From an uncultured bacterium (GTDB lineage: Bacteria; Cyanobacteriota; Vampirovibrionia; Gastranaerophilales; Gastranaerophilaceae): a DNA stretch of 64,000 bases. The notes beneath the pieces are model-generated. The model did no database searches and was not told where the DNA came from. It saw nothing but the letters and a program-made list of their open reading frames with translations. Numbering within the stretch: position 1 is the first letter of the stretch; every line of letters starts with the position of its first letter. The DNA lies in contig CAMEFF010000002.1 in assembly GCA_945915465.1 (NCBI GenBank), positions 25,648-89,647 on the forward strand. Reading direction: 5' to 3'. Below are positions 1-8,612 of this stretch, piece after piece. Position numbers and translations under genes: made by a program.

Positions 1-2
1 AT

Positions 3-119
3 GCTGTTAAAATTTCTGTTCCGTTTGAGGCTCTGCCTGAGTCGTTCAACGGTAGAGGTGTTGATATTCAGCTTACTTTTGACAAGACGGTACACGGGTT
101 TGTTTTGAGCAGAAGATAA
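3..119 (+). CDS. 3' end of a gene that begins upstream of the window; product not recognised
   Basis: Frame 3 is open from the window edge to TAA 117-119 (AVKISVPFEALPESFNGRGVDIQLTFDKTVHGFVLSRR*). Two hairpins follow (147-178; 197-216 plus T-run). Confidence 0.3.
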   Translation, partial: AVKISVPFEALPESFNGRGVDIQLTFDKTVHGFVLSRR

Positions 120-260
120 TTTTTAATAGAAAAATACTTTAAAGATAAGGCTGCACGACCTTTTGGGCGTGCCGCCTTACTAAGCTCAATAAAAATGCCG
201 GTATTTAGTGACCGGCTTTATTAATACTCTCTTTTCTTATCATTTTTTTTACTCGGTAGG

Positions 261-416
261 CTATTTTACAGCTCTTAAATTAGCTTTAATCCCAGCGTCA
301 GAATTTATCATATTAGCATTAGCATAAGCCAATGTGCGACGCTTTTTTGCTCCTCTTAATATAAGTTCAACACAACCTGATTTGTTATTAGAGGGTGTTG
401 TTATCTTCTTTATCAT
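261..416 (-). CDS. small ORF, 51 aa, below the ORF-track cutoff (MIKKITTPSNNKSGCVELILRGAKKRRTLAYANANMINSDAGIKANLRAVK)
   Basis: ATG is the rc of 414-416, with GGAG (rc of 427-430) 10 nt upstream. Stop is the rc of 261-263. Basic composition; no family recognised. Confidence 0.25.
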   Translation of the reverse strand: MIKKITTPSNNKSGCVELILRGAKKRRTLAYANANMINSDAGIKANLRAVK

Positions 417-611
417 AATTGATTTACTCCGTTAGACTAATTATTTCTGATTACAAATTAGTTATCGGTCTGATTTAATCTTTTCTTTAATAAAAGAAGA
501 TAAATATTAACAATTATTAACAAGAAAGATTGAAAATATTGTTGTAAATTAAAAAAAGGGCAAAAAAAAACCCTTTCTGAAGAAAGAGTTTGGAATCTTT
601 TTCAATTCCTC

Positions 612-640
612 GTGTGTAGTAGAAGGTTAGTGTGTAGTAG
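612..640. repeat. tandem direct 11-mers GTGTGTAGTAG (612-622 and 630-640)
   Basis: Exact 11-nt direct repeat with 18-nt period in the non-coding region upstream of prfB. Confidence 0.6.
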
Positions 641-694
641 GTAGTGTAATTTATGTCTCGTGTTTATTTAATCTTTTTTATTGCTTGCTTAACG

Positions 695-734
695 CTTACA
701 TATTTATAAAGTATTTTTAGAGTATATAATTGCT
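695..734 (-). promoter_or_regulatory. promoter-like AT-rich block, duplicate of the block upstream of the RHH gene at 60787-60826
   Basis: CTTACATATTTATAAAGTATTTT (695-717) is identical to 60787-60809. AATTGCT recurs at the same offset (+33) in both copies. Read on the minus strand it contains TATAAA. Confidence 0.35.
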
Positions 735-778
735 ATATCTTATTTATTTTGTTACATATCTTTACAATGCTCTGTAAA

Positions 779-938
779 AGATTCTGAATAATAAGAAAAT
801 TTATTTGCTCATTTCAATCGCAAAATTTTTCTACGTTTTCAGAATGACGAGCCACTTGGTAGGCTGCTGTCGTTCCGAACAGCACGAACTGTAGTGAATG
901 CGTTATCCGGCATCTGTTACCGGCTTAACAGATTGTTT
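779..938. repeat. mosaic intergenic repeat: A1 hairpin module (779-850), then CTTGGTAGGCT box, then a degenerate H hairpin (869-916)
   Basis: 779-850 matches 37614-37685 at 67/72 positions. 853-916 aligns with 29574-29642 and 33623-33671. Confidence 0.8.
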
Positions 939-984
939 CTCTTAATTTTTTGCACAGGCGGCTTTTTTATAATACAATTTTTGT

Positions 985-2071
985 ATGGAAACGGAATTAA
1001 AACAAAAATTAAACGAAATAATCCCAAGAGTTGCTAAACTCAAGGAGTGTCTTTGACCCTGACACTTTGGTAAAAGAGGTTACAACATTGGAACAGGAAA
1101 TGCAACATCCTGAAATTTGGTCTGATACTGCAAAGGTTTCAAAATTAGGACAAGAAATTAAAGAAAAAAAAGATATAATATCTAATTTTGAAAATTGGCA
1201 ATCCGTAATTGATGATTGCAATGCTTCTATCGAACTGTCCGACAGTGACTTGATTGAAGATTCTTTGGCTCAATTAAAAGATTTGAGCAAGGATTTGGAA
1301 AAATTTGAGTTAGAACAAATGTTGTCAGGTGAATACGATAGTGCCGATGCTATTTTGACGATAAATTCGGGAGCGGGCGGAACAGATGCTCAGGATTGGG
1401 CAAGTATGCTCCTTAGAATGTATCTTCGTTGGGTCGAAAAAAGAGGTTGGAAATCGGAACTTCTTGACAAATTGGACGGTGAGGAAGCGGGGATAAAGTC
1501 CGCAACCATTAAGATTTCGGGAAAATATGCGTTTGGGTATGCAAAGGCGGAAAAAGGAGTTCATCGTTTGGTCAGAATTTCACCGTTTAACGCTAACGGC
1601 AAAAGACAAACCAGTTTTGCTTCGGTTGAAGTTTCGCCGATTATTGAAAATTTTGAAAAAACTATCGTTATCCCGTCTGAGGATTTGGAAATTACCACAA
1701 TGCGTTCAGGTGGTGCGGGAGGACAAAATGTTAACAAGGTCGAAACTGCCGTGCGAATTTTGCACAAGCCGTCAGGAATTGTCGTAAAATGTCAGCAAGA
1801 ACGTTCTCAACTTCAAAACAAAGAGTACGCAATGCAAATTTTGGTGTCAAAACTTTTGGCAATAAAAGAAGCTGAATATGAGCAAAAAATGGCTGATATC
1901 AAAGGGGAAACTTCTGAGATTAATTTCGGGTCGCAAATTCGTTCGTATGTTTTCCACCCGTACAAAATGGTTAAAGACCATCGAACAGGTTACGAGGTTG
2001 GGAATGTTGACGCTGTAATGGACGGTGATTTGGACGGCTTTGTCGAAAGTTATTTAAGGCAACGAAATTAG
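985..2071 (+). CDS. prfB: peptide chain release factor 2, made by programmed +1 frameshift
   Basis: Frame-0 ORF 985-1056 ([23 protein letters not shown]-stop) joins the +1 frame at CUU UGA C. The downstream frame carries SPF ([15 protein letters not shown]) and GGQ ([18 protein letters not shown]) motifs. Confidence 0.95.
1043..1057 (+). promoter_or_regulatory. prfB +1 frameshift site: internal SD-like AGGAG, 3-nt spacer, CTT TGA C
   Basis: AGGAG 1043-1047, TGT, CTT 1051-1053, in-frame TGA 1054-1056, C 1057. This is the canonical RF2 autoregulatory arrangement. Confidence 0.9.
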
Positions 2072-2550
2072 TTTTGCAAATCGCTTGTACAATTAGGGCA
2101 TTTTGTTGCTCGAATATCTATTGAGGAGCAGCAATAAGGGCATTCTTTTGTTGTTGCGGTTTTTTCTTCACAGGTTTTTGTGTTCAATTTTTGCAATTTA
2201 TTTATGCCTTTAATCAGTAAAAATACGGCAAATGCAACGATTAAAAAACTGATGATTGTGTTGATAAACATTCCGTAGTTTATGGTGACTGCACCTGCGG
2301 CTTGAGCGGCATCTAAGGATTTGTAGTGAACGAATTTTCCGTTATAATCAGGTAAAACAAGGTATAATTTTGAAAAATCCACCCTGCCTAAAAGCCAACC
2401 GAGTGGTGGCATTATGATATCTTTAACAAGAGAATCCACAATTTTCCCAAAAGCTGCACCAATAATTATACCGACAGCCATGTCGATAACGTTTCCTCTC
2501 ATTGCAAAGGTTTTAAATTCTTCTCCGTATCTTTTAAATTTTTCAAACAT
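2068..2550 (-). CDS. mscL: large-conductance mechanosensitive channel MscL with a C-terminal CxxC-x10-CxxC zinc-ribbon extension
   Basis: [37 protein letters not shown] is the MscL TM1 signature. ATG at 2550 is preceded by GGGGA; the track start 2583 is TTG. C-terminus is [18 protein letters not shown]. Confidence 0.9.
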   Translation of the reverse strand: MFEKFKRYGEEFKTFAMRGNVIDMAVGIIIGAAFGKIVDSLVKDIIMPPLGWLLGRVDFSKLYLVLPDYNGKFVHYKSLDAAQAAGAVTINYGMFINTIISFLIVAFAVFLLIKGINKLQKLNTKTCEEKTATTKECPYCCSSIDIRATKCPNCTSDLQN

Positions 2551-2612
2551 AAATTTCCCCAAAAATTTTATTACTTTTTTCAAATTTTATCGTGGAGAAA
2601 GAGAAAGGTCAA

Positions 2613-3215
2613 TTACTTGTCTGGAGCTTGTAGGGCTGGTTTTTGAGGTTTCTTTTCTTCTGTTTGCTTATTTTCCGTAATTCCAATTTTTTTCATAATC
2701 GGGTGGATTAACGGGTGAGAAACTATAGGGGCAATGATTGCCAAACCCGTAACAGACCCGAACATTGAACCAAGTTCGATTGAGCCTTTTGCAAGTGCCG
2801 TGTTGATGTTTTCTTTAGTGAACTTGTCTCCGTCTGCTCTGTTTTTGTTCAGTTCTGCAAGTTTTGCAATTCTTTCGTTTTCGTTCATCTTGTAGAAGTT
2901 TGAAAATTCTTTAGTTGACTTGAAAGCTTGGAATACTTTTTCGTCTTTGAACAACTTTTTAGCGGCTTTGAAGGCTGATTTTCTGCAAACCGGAATTATT
3001 ATGGACAGATAAATTCCCAAGCAGGTAAGTTGATATAAAAATTCTTTTGTTGCCGAAAATTTCTTGGTTTGCGGGTCAATTTTTTGGTCTGCCAATATGA
3101 AGGCGGGACGTCCGACAGCTTTCAGGCATGTTTCTGTGGTAATTTGAGTGACCGTGTTTTGTGTCATATTATATAATGTCGGATTTGTTATTAAATTTTG
3201 AACTGCTGATATCAT
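2613..3215 (-). CDS. hypothetical membrane protein, paralogue of 3217-3750
   Basis: Shares GRPAFILADQKIDPQTKKFSATKEFLYQ...YL with FRPLFTMADKKESQETKKYAALREGLTE...YL of its neighbour. Two hydrophobic segments. 1-nt gap to the upstream gene. Confidence 0.6.
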   Translation of the reverse strand: MISAVQNLITNPTLYNMTQNTVTQITTETCLKAVGRPAFILADQKIDPQTKKFSATKEFLYQLTCLGIYLSIIIPVCRKSAFKAAKKLFKDEKVFQAFKSTKEFSNFYKMNENERIAKLAELNKNRADGDKFTKENINTALAKGSIELGSMFGSVTGLAIIAPIVSHPLIHPIMKKIGITENKQTEEKKPQKPALQAPDK

Positions 3216-3216
3216 A

Positions 3217-3750
3217 TTACACCTTCATTCCTGTATTTAAGAAACTGGTCATACTTACCTGTGCCATTGGCGATTGATTGTTTATTTTTGTTGGTTTTTG
3301 ATAAATCGGTTGTTCTGCGGTTTGCGAAATGACATCTAAGTGTTGTTGTGATTTATCTTTAGGCTTATTATTTTTGTGAAAAATTCTGTCCGTAAACGGA
3401 TTTACTACAATAGAGCAAAGCCCTGGAATTACGAGTAATGCGGCGGTACAAACTCCTGCAAATTTTAGGTTATGTTTTGCCATTTTTGCTTTCATCGGGT
3501 CTTTGAAAAGATGTGCTCCTTTACCTGCCAAATAACTGCAAGACAAATATGTTGGAATTGCAATCACTTCTGTTAAGCCTTCTCGCAAAGCTGCATATTT
3601 CTTTGTTTCCTGTGATTCTTTTTTATCAGCCATCGTAAATAACGGTCTGAAAATACCTTTTGCCGTTGCGATTGCTACTACTACATAAGCAGGATTATTA
3701 TTTTTTCCGATGCTTTCACAACAAGATTTTATTATACTTTTAAAGTTCAT
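3217..3750 (-). CDS. hypothetical membrane protein, paralogue of 2613-3215
   Basis: ATG at 3750 (MNFKSIIKS...); the track start 3801 is TTG. Same architecture as the downstream paralogue. Confidence 0.6.
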   Translation of the reverse strand: MNFKSIIKSCCESIGKNNNPAYVVVAIATAKGIFRPLFTMADKKESQETKKYAALREGLTEVIAIPTYLSCSYLAGKGAHLFKDPMKAKMAKHNLKFAGVCTAALLVIPGLCSIVVNPFTDRIFHKNNKPKDKSQQHLDVISQTAEQPIYQKPTKINNQSPMAQVSMTSFLNTGMKV

Positions 3751-3868
3751 TTGTTTGCTATTCTTTCTGCGGGCATGTAATTGCAATGAATCCCTAACCA
3801 AAATATATTAAAACAAAATATAAAGATTTTTTCCATAGTATTAATAAAAATTAATAATTCATTAATTT

Positions 3869-4414
3869 CTATTCCCTGTAAAAGCAATCCTTTTCGTGGT
3901 CATTAACTATTCCGATAGCTTGTAAATAAGAATAAATTATTACACTGCCCACATATTTCATTCCTCTTTTTTTCAAATCTTTAGATACAGTATCAGAAAG
4001 TTCTGTGGTTACGGGAATTTTGTCATAATCTTTTTTTATTACTTTATTGCCCGTGAAACTCCAAATATAATTTGAAAAACTCCCAAATTCTTTTTGGAGT
4101 TTTATGAAAATTTTTGCATTATTTATTGATGAAACTATTTTGTTTTTGTTTCTTATGATTCTTTCATTATGATAAAGTTCTTCAACTTTTTGAGTGTCAT
4201 AATTGCTGACTTTTACCACATCAAAATTATCAAAGGCTTTTCTAAACTCATCTCTGCGTTTTAATATCGTAAGCCATGACAAGCCCGCTTGAAAGCCTTC
4301 AAGGATTAGAAGCTCAAACAAATCACGGTCGTCATGTTTGGGTACTCCCCATTCTTCATCGTGATATTTGACGTAAATTTCTGAATTTTCGTTTACCCAT
4401 GAGCATCTTTTCAT
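3869..4414 (-). CDS. tag: DNA-3-methyladenine glycosylase I
   Basis: CSWV...YHDEEWGVP...LFELLILEGFQAGLSWLTILKRRDEFRKAF is the Tag-family signature. Length 181 aa. Confidence 0.9.
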   Translation of the reverse strand: MKRCSWVNENSEIYVKYHDEEWGVPKHDDRDLFELLILEGFQAGLSWLTILKRRDEFRKAFDNFDVVKVSNYDTQKVEELYHNERIIRNKNKIVSSINNAKIFIKLQKEFGSFSNYIWSFTGNKVIKKDYDKIPVTTELSDTVSKDLKKRGMKYVGSVIIYSYLQAIGIVNDHEKDCFYRE

Positions 4415-4521
4415 AAATAAATTATACGATAAAGTAAATATTTGTTGAAAATATTATTAAATTTAAATTTTCTATGTATAATACAATATATAGGATATAA
4501 GACACTTAAAATGGGGTAAAT

Positions 4522-7500
4522 ATGGAAAGAAAAGGTAAGATAGGGTTATTACTTACGGGATTGGTTTTAAGTTTATGTACGGTTACTGCATTTGAGCCTG
4601 CATATTCTCAAGACGAGGTTCAAGCAAATCAAGAAGTTAATCAGGACGAAATAAAATTTAAAAGAGATACTCTTGATATAGCTGTAGAATTTATGAAAAA
4701 CAAAGATTTTAACGCTGCTTTGCCTCATCTTAATGCCTATATAGAAGCTAAACCTAAAAAATATCAAGGCTATAAACTTCGTGGTGAAGCATATTATGCT
4801 TTGCGTAAATATGACCTTGCCGTTGCAGATTTTCAAAAAGCCGTTGATATAAAAGCCGATAATGACAAATTCGCAACAGGTACAAAGGTTATCAGTGCCG
4901 TTGTTTTGGGTGCTGACAGGCAAGACCAATACCAAAACCCTGAACTTGGCGAGTTATACGGTGAATTAATGTACGCTCAAAAAGCCGTAAACGATAATAT
5001 GTACGAAGTGTCTTATAAAAAAGCAATGGAATATAATTCTCATCAGTATTTACCTGCTCCGAAAAAAGAAGAAATTTCCAAAATAAACTGTCCGCAAAAA
5101 TATGGCAAAACTTTCAATGCTCAAGGTGTTGATGCTGATATTTCGGCAGTTGTTGAAGATATTGAAAAAGGTAAATTCTCGGAAGCTGTTTATACTATTC
5201 CAAAAATTACTTCAGAATATCCGAATTACTACTTGGGACACTATTTGTCGGGTGTTGTAATGAGCGGTTTGGAACAGGACGAAGAAGCCGTTTCTGCGTT
5301 CAATCGTGCAATTTCGCTTAACCCTAATGATTTTGAGTCTTACGCAAGTTTGGGCTTGTTGTACTACCGTGAAGCCGAAAAAACTTTTGATTCAAAATTG
5401 GCTGCAAAATCTGTCGAAAACTTTCAAAAAGCCTTGAAAAATAACCCTAATTGTAACACTTATTACTATTATATCGGGCTGAATGAAATGCTTGAAAATA
5501 AGTACGATGCGGCTATTTCAAACTTTAAAAAAGCAATAAATTTGAAAAATAACGATTATAACAGTAAATATTATAAAGCCGTTGCACAATATTTGAATAA
5601 GGACTATAAGGGAAGTATTGAAGAAGCAACTAATCTTTTGTTCCGCCGCGTTTCAAATTACAATTCAGTATTGTATTTGAGAGCATTGTCTTATTATAAA
5701 TTGAAAAATTACGAGGCGGCGATTGCAGATATTGAAAAAGTACACCACAATATGGACGATATTTACAATTTGGACATTAAAAAATTTACTCAAAAAGAAA
5801 TGATTTTGGAAACTTATTTGTATTATTTGCAAAGTAAAATTTCACGAGATAACGGGCTCGGAGCAAAATCAGATTTACTAAAAGCATACAAAAATCCGAT
5901 TATCGCACTTCTTGATACCAGAAGTAAAGATTTTGAACACGCAAATTACAAATTGACTTCCTTTGATATTGACAATCAGTACGATTTGTTGAGAACGACT
6001 TTTGATGATTTGGGATTGGATTTTGTTTATTTGAACCCTGATTATAAAGTTGTGAGAAAGGCTTTGCCGACAAATGAACCTGTTGCGAATAAGCAGGACG
6101 AAACAAAACTTGCCGTTGAAAATTCTGCGACTGTTGCTTTAACAAAAAATGAACAAATTTTGCCGACTGATGAAATAACAGTACCGTCACAAGTTCTTGT
6201 GGAAAAACCTGTAATGGTCGAACCTGAAAAATCACTTCAACAGGAAGATAATAAAACTGTCTGCGAAGTCACAGGACAAACTGACAAACTCGCAGAAATT
6301 GTTGAACAAAAGGCTGAAGAAGTTAGTGAAGAAATACCACAAAAGGTTGAAAAACCAGCTATTGAAGTGGTAAAAGAAGAAGTTTTGACACAAACCGAAA
6401 CTTCATCAAAAACTACAGAAAATCAGGTTAAAACCCAAACTGATAAAACTGTTGAGGAAAATATAGCAAAAGAATCTCGTAAGCCTGTAGTTGTTGACTC
6501 GCCGACTGATATCGAACAAGATAAAAAAACGGTAGAAGAGGATAAAACAGAAGTTAAAGAACCTGTTGAAAAGAAAGAGGAAATTAAAGACAAAAATCCT
6601 GAAACTTCTCCGTTAAATAACGAAAAATCCGAAACAAAGTCGGGAAATCCTGCAATTATGGTTTATGATGCTGATACTTTGATTATTGCCCCTGTTGAAA
6701 CTTCAAAGTCGGCTCAGCAGTATGATTCTTATAATGCAAGAATTAGAGAACTTACGATGGCTGATAGTGGGGTTAAATTACCGTCAAGTGACACTGAAAA
6801 AGACGTTTCGCTAAATTCTAAAACTTCTGATTTGGTTGAAGAAAAAGAACAAACTGTAGAAGAAAAATTAAATTCGATTAAAGAAGCGGTTACTCAATCT
6901 GAAAAACCCGTGATTACGGAAATTACCGAAACAAACAGAATACAAGAGGTTTCAGAACCTGCGGTTGATGAAGTTAAACAAGAAGAAAAACCTTTGAAAG
7001 AGGAAAACGCTTTGGTTGAACCTGAAACACAGACTGAAATTTCAACAAATACAGTTGAGGAAAATCAAAAAGCAGCGGAAACAGTTGAAGTAACGTCATC
7101 GTCAAAAGTTGCGGACACCGTGCCAACCCAAGAAAAATCATCTCAAATTGAACAGGTTGAAGAAAATGCACAACAGGCGGTGAAGAAAAATTATGTTGAA
7201 GATGTTTCAAAAACTTCTAAATCCTTGAAAGTTCCCGTAAATGAGAAATTTGCCAATGTAAATCTTGACGAGTTTGATGTTAAAAACTTGAAAACACCTG
7301 AGGTTCACGCAGGTGAAGAGGTTATTTTCTTAGATACAGAAAAGGAATCGTTTATAGAAAGAACGGAGCGTCAGGTCAATGAAAATATGGCAAAACTTGC
7401 TCAAATGCAAGAATTGGGCAAAAAAAATGATAAAGAATTGGTTAAATCTGAGATTCAGCCGACTGATTCTGTTGCTGTGAATATCACTCCTGACACCCAC

Positions 7501-8502
7501 AATATCACGTCAATTACTCAGAAAATTACAACGCCTGAGCCTACTTTGGTTGATGTTGCAGATGTTGAAATTCCAAAAAACGTAGAAGAAAAATCAGAAA
7601 ATATCGCAAAGGCTGAAACAACGGATACTCAAAAAGTTTTACCTGAAATTAGAGGTGCTGAAGTCTCGGAAGTTGCTCAAAAAGTTCAACAAGAAGATGC
7701 ACCAAAAGTAACTGCTCCAGAAATTCAAGTAAATGAAGCCGTTTCTGCGGTTGTTGATGAAACGGTTACTGATACCGCAGAAGACTCTACTGTTCAAGAG
7801 CCTGTTCAGACAAAATCTAAAAAGACAAAAAATAAAAAAAATGAGGAAAATTTAATTCTTGCGGTTGGCGAAAATCAAAAAGATTATGTTCAAAAACCTG
7901 AAAAAACAAAGAAAATAAAGAAGAAGAAACAAGAAAAGATTGAAGAGGTTGTTCAAAATGAAAACACAAAAGAAGAAGATTTTTTGACAACTTCCGATAC
8001 TCAAGCATACGAAAATTCTACTGTTGAGAAAATTCCTTCTACTGTAGAAACTGTTGAAAAAGAAGCAAAAACGATTACAAAAGAAAATGTAACAGAAGTG
8101 GTAAAACCTGACCAAACCGCTCAACTTACTGAAAAAACAGATGAGGAAGCAAGTGTTAATCAGGAAGTAAAACCTGTTAAAAAAGAGAAAAAAGAAAAAA
8201 TTGGCAAAAAACAAAAGGCTGAAACTGTTGAATCCACAGTAACAGAACCTCAAAACACGGTTGAAGAAGTTAAAAATGAGGTTGCGGAAGACAAATCAAA
8301 ACCTGAAATTGTGACTGAGGAGAAAAATGAAAAGATTTCAGCACCTAAACAGGACGAAGAAGCCCAAGTTAAAGAAGAAAATAATAAAGTTGAAGAGGAA
8401 AGCAAAAAGGTTGAAAAACCTAAAAAACAGTCCTTCTTCAAACGATTATTTTCTCGCAAGAAAAATATTCAGGTTGAGTCCGAAGAAAATAAAGAAAATT
8501 GA
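4522..8502 (+). CDS. secreted/envelope TPR-repeat protein with ~800-aa E/K/T/V/Q-rich low-complexity C-terminal region
   Basis: N-terminal signal-like segment (LLLTGLVLSLCTVTAF). Repeated TPR-like AxxxFxKAIxLxPN patterns over about the first 450 aa. The remainder is low complexity and ends in a K-rich tail. Confidence 0.75.
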   Translation: MERKGKIGLLLTGLVLSLCTVTAFEPAYSQDEVQANQEVNQDEIKFKRDTLDIAVEFMKNKDFNAALPHLNAYIEAKPKKYQGYKLRGEAYYALRKYDLAVADFQKAVDIKADNDKFATGTKVISAVVLGADRQDQYQNPELGELYGELMYAQKAVNDNMYEVSYKKAMEYNSHQYLPAPKKEEISKINCPQKYGKTFNAQGVDADISAVVEDIEKGKFSEAVYTIPKITSEYPNYYLGHYLSGVVMSGLEQDEEAVSAFNRAISLNPNDFESYASLGLLYYREAEKTFDSKLAAKSVENFQKALKNNPNCNTYYYYIGLNEMLENKYDAAISNFKKAINLKNNDYNSKYYKAVAQYLNKDYKGSIEEATNLLFRRVSNYNSVLYLRALSYYKLKNYEAAIADIEKVHHNMDDIYNLDIKKFTQKEMILETYLYYLQSKISRDNGLGAKSDLLKAYKNPIIALLDTRSKDFEHANYKLTSFDIDNQYDLLRTTFDDLGLDFVYLNPDYKVVRKALPTNEPVANKQDETKLAVENSATVALTKNEQILPTDEITVPSQVLVEKPVMVEPEKSLQQEDNKTVCEVTGQTDKLAEIVEQKAEEVSEEIPQKVEKPAIEVVKEEVLTQTETSSKTTENQVKTQTDKTVEENIAKESRKPVVVDSPTDIEQDKKTVEEDKTEVKEPVEKKEEIKDKNPETSPLNNEKSETKSGNPAIMVYDADTLIIAPVETSKSAQQYDSYNARIRELTMADSGVKLPSSDTEKDVSLNSKTSDLVEEKEQTVEEKLNSIKEAVTQSEKPVITEITETNRIQEVSEPAVDEVKQEEKPLKEENALVEPETQTEISTNTVEENQKAAETVEVTSSSKVADTVPTQEKSSQIEQVEENAQQAVKKNYVEDVSKTSKSLKVPVNEKFANVNLDEFDVKNLKTPEVHAGEEVIFLDTEKESFIERTERQVNENMAKLAQMQELGKKNDKELVKSEIQPTDSVAVNITPDTHNITSITQKITTPEPTLVDVADVEIPKNVEEKSENIAKAETTDTQKVLPEIRGAEVSEVAQKVQQEDAPKVTAPEIQVNEAVSAVVDETVTDTAEDSTVQEPVQTKSKKTKNKKNEENLILAVGENQKDYVQKPEKTKKIKKKKQEKIEEVVQNENTKEEDFLTTSDTQAYENSTVEKIPSTVETVEKEAKTITKENVTEVVKPDQTAQLTEKTDEEASVNQEVKPVKKEKKEKIGKKQKAETVESTVTEPQNTVEEVKNEVAEDKSKPEIVTEEKNEKISAPKQDEEAQVKEENNKVEEESKKVEKPKKQSFFKRLFSRKKNIQVESEENKEN

Positions 8503-8514
8503 GTTTTAAATGAT

Positions 8515-8549
8515 ACGGAATGCCAATGATACGGATATTCCGTTTTATT
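8515..8549 (+). terminator. hairpin + T-run after the TPR gene
   Basis: ACGGAAT (8515-8521) pairs with ATTCCGT (8537-8543) and is followed by TTTATT. Confidence 0.45.
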
Positions 8550-8577
8550 GACAAAAAGTTTTAGGATTAATTATAAT
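8548..8577 (+). promoter_or_regulatory. sigma-70-type promoter of the RND operon
   Basis: TTGACA 8548-8553, 18-nt spacer, TATAAT 8572-8577. Lies 36 nt upstream of ATG 8613. Confidence 0.6.
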
Positions 8578-8612
8578 TTGTTAGAAAATATGTAAAACAT
8601 TCGGGAGAAAGT

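Noticed and set aside
1031-2071. ORF-track model of RF2 starting at 1031 with a non-ATG codon
   Set aside because: The true N-terminus is the frame-0 ORF from ATG 985, joined by the +1 frameshift at 1051-1057. The 1031 start is an artefact of the six-frame translation.
4855-4862. GCCGATAA, the sigma-28 -10 consensus
   Set aside because: It lies inside the TPR gene with no TAAA element at the required 15-nt spacing upstream. It is a chance occurrence.
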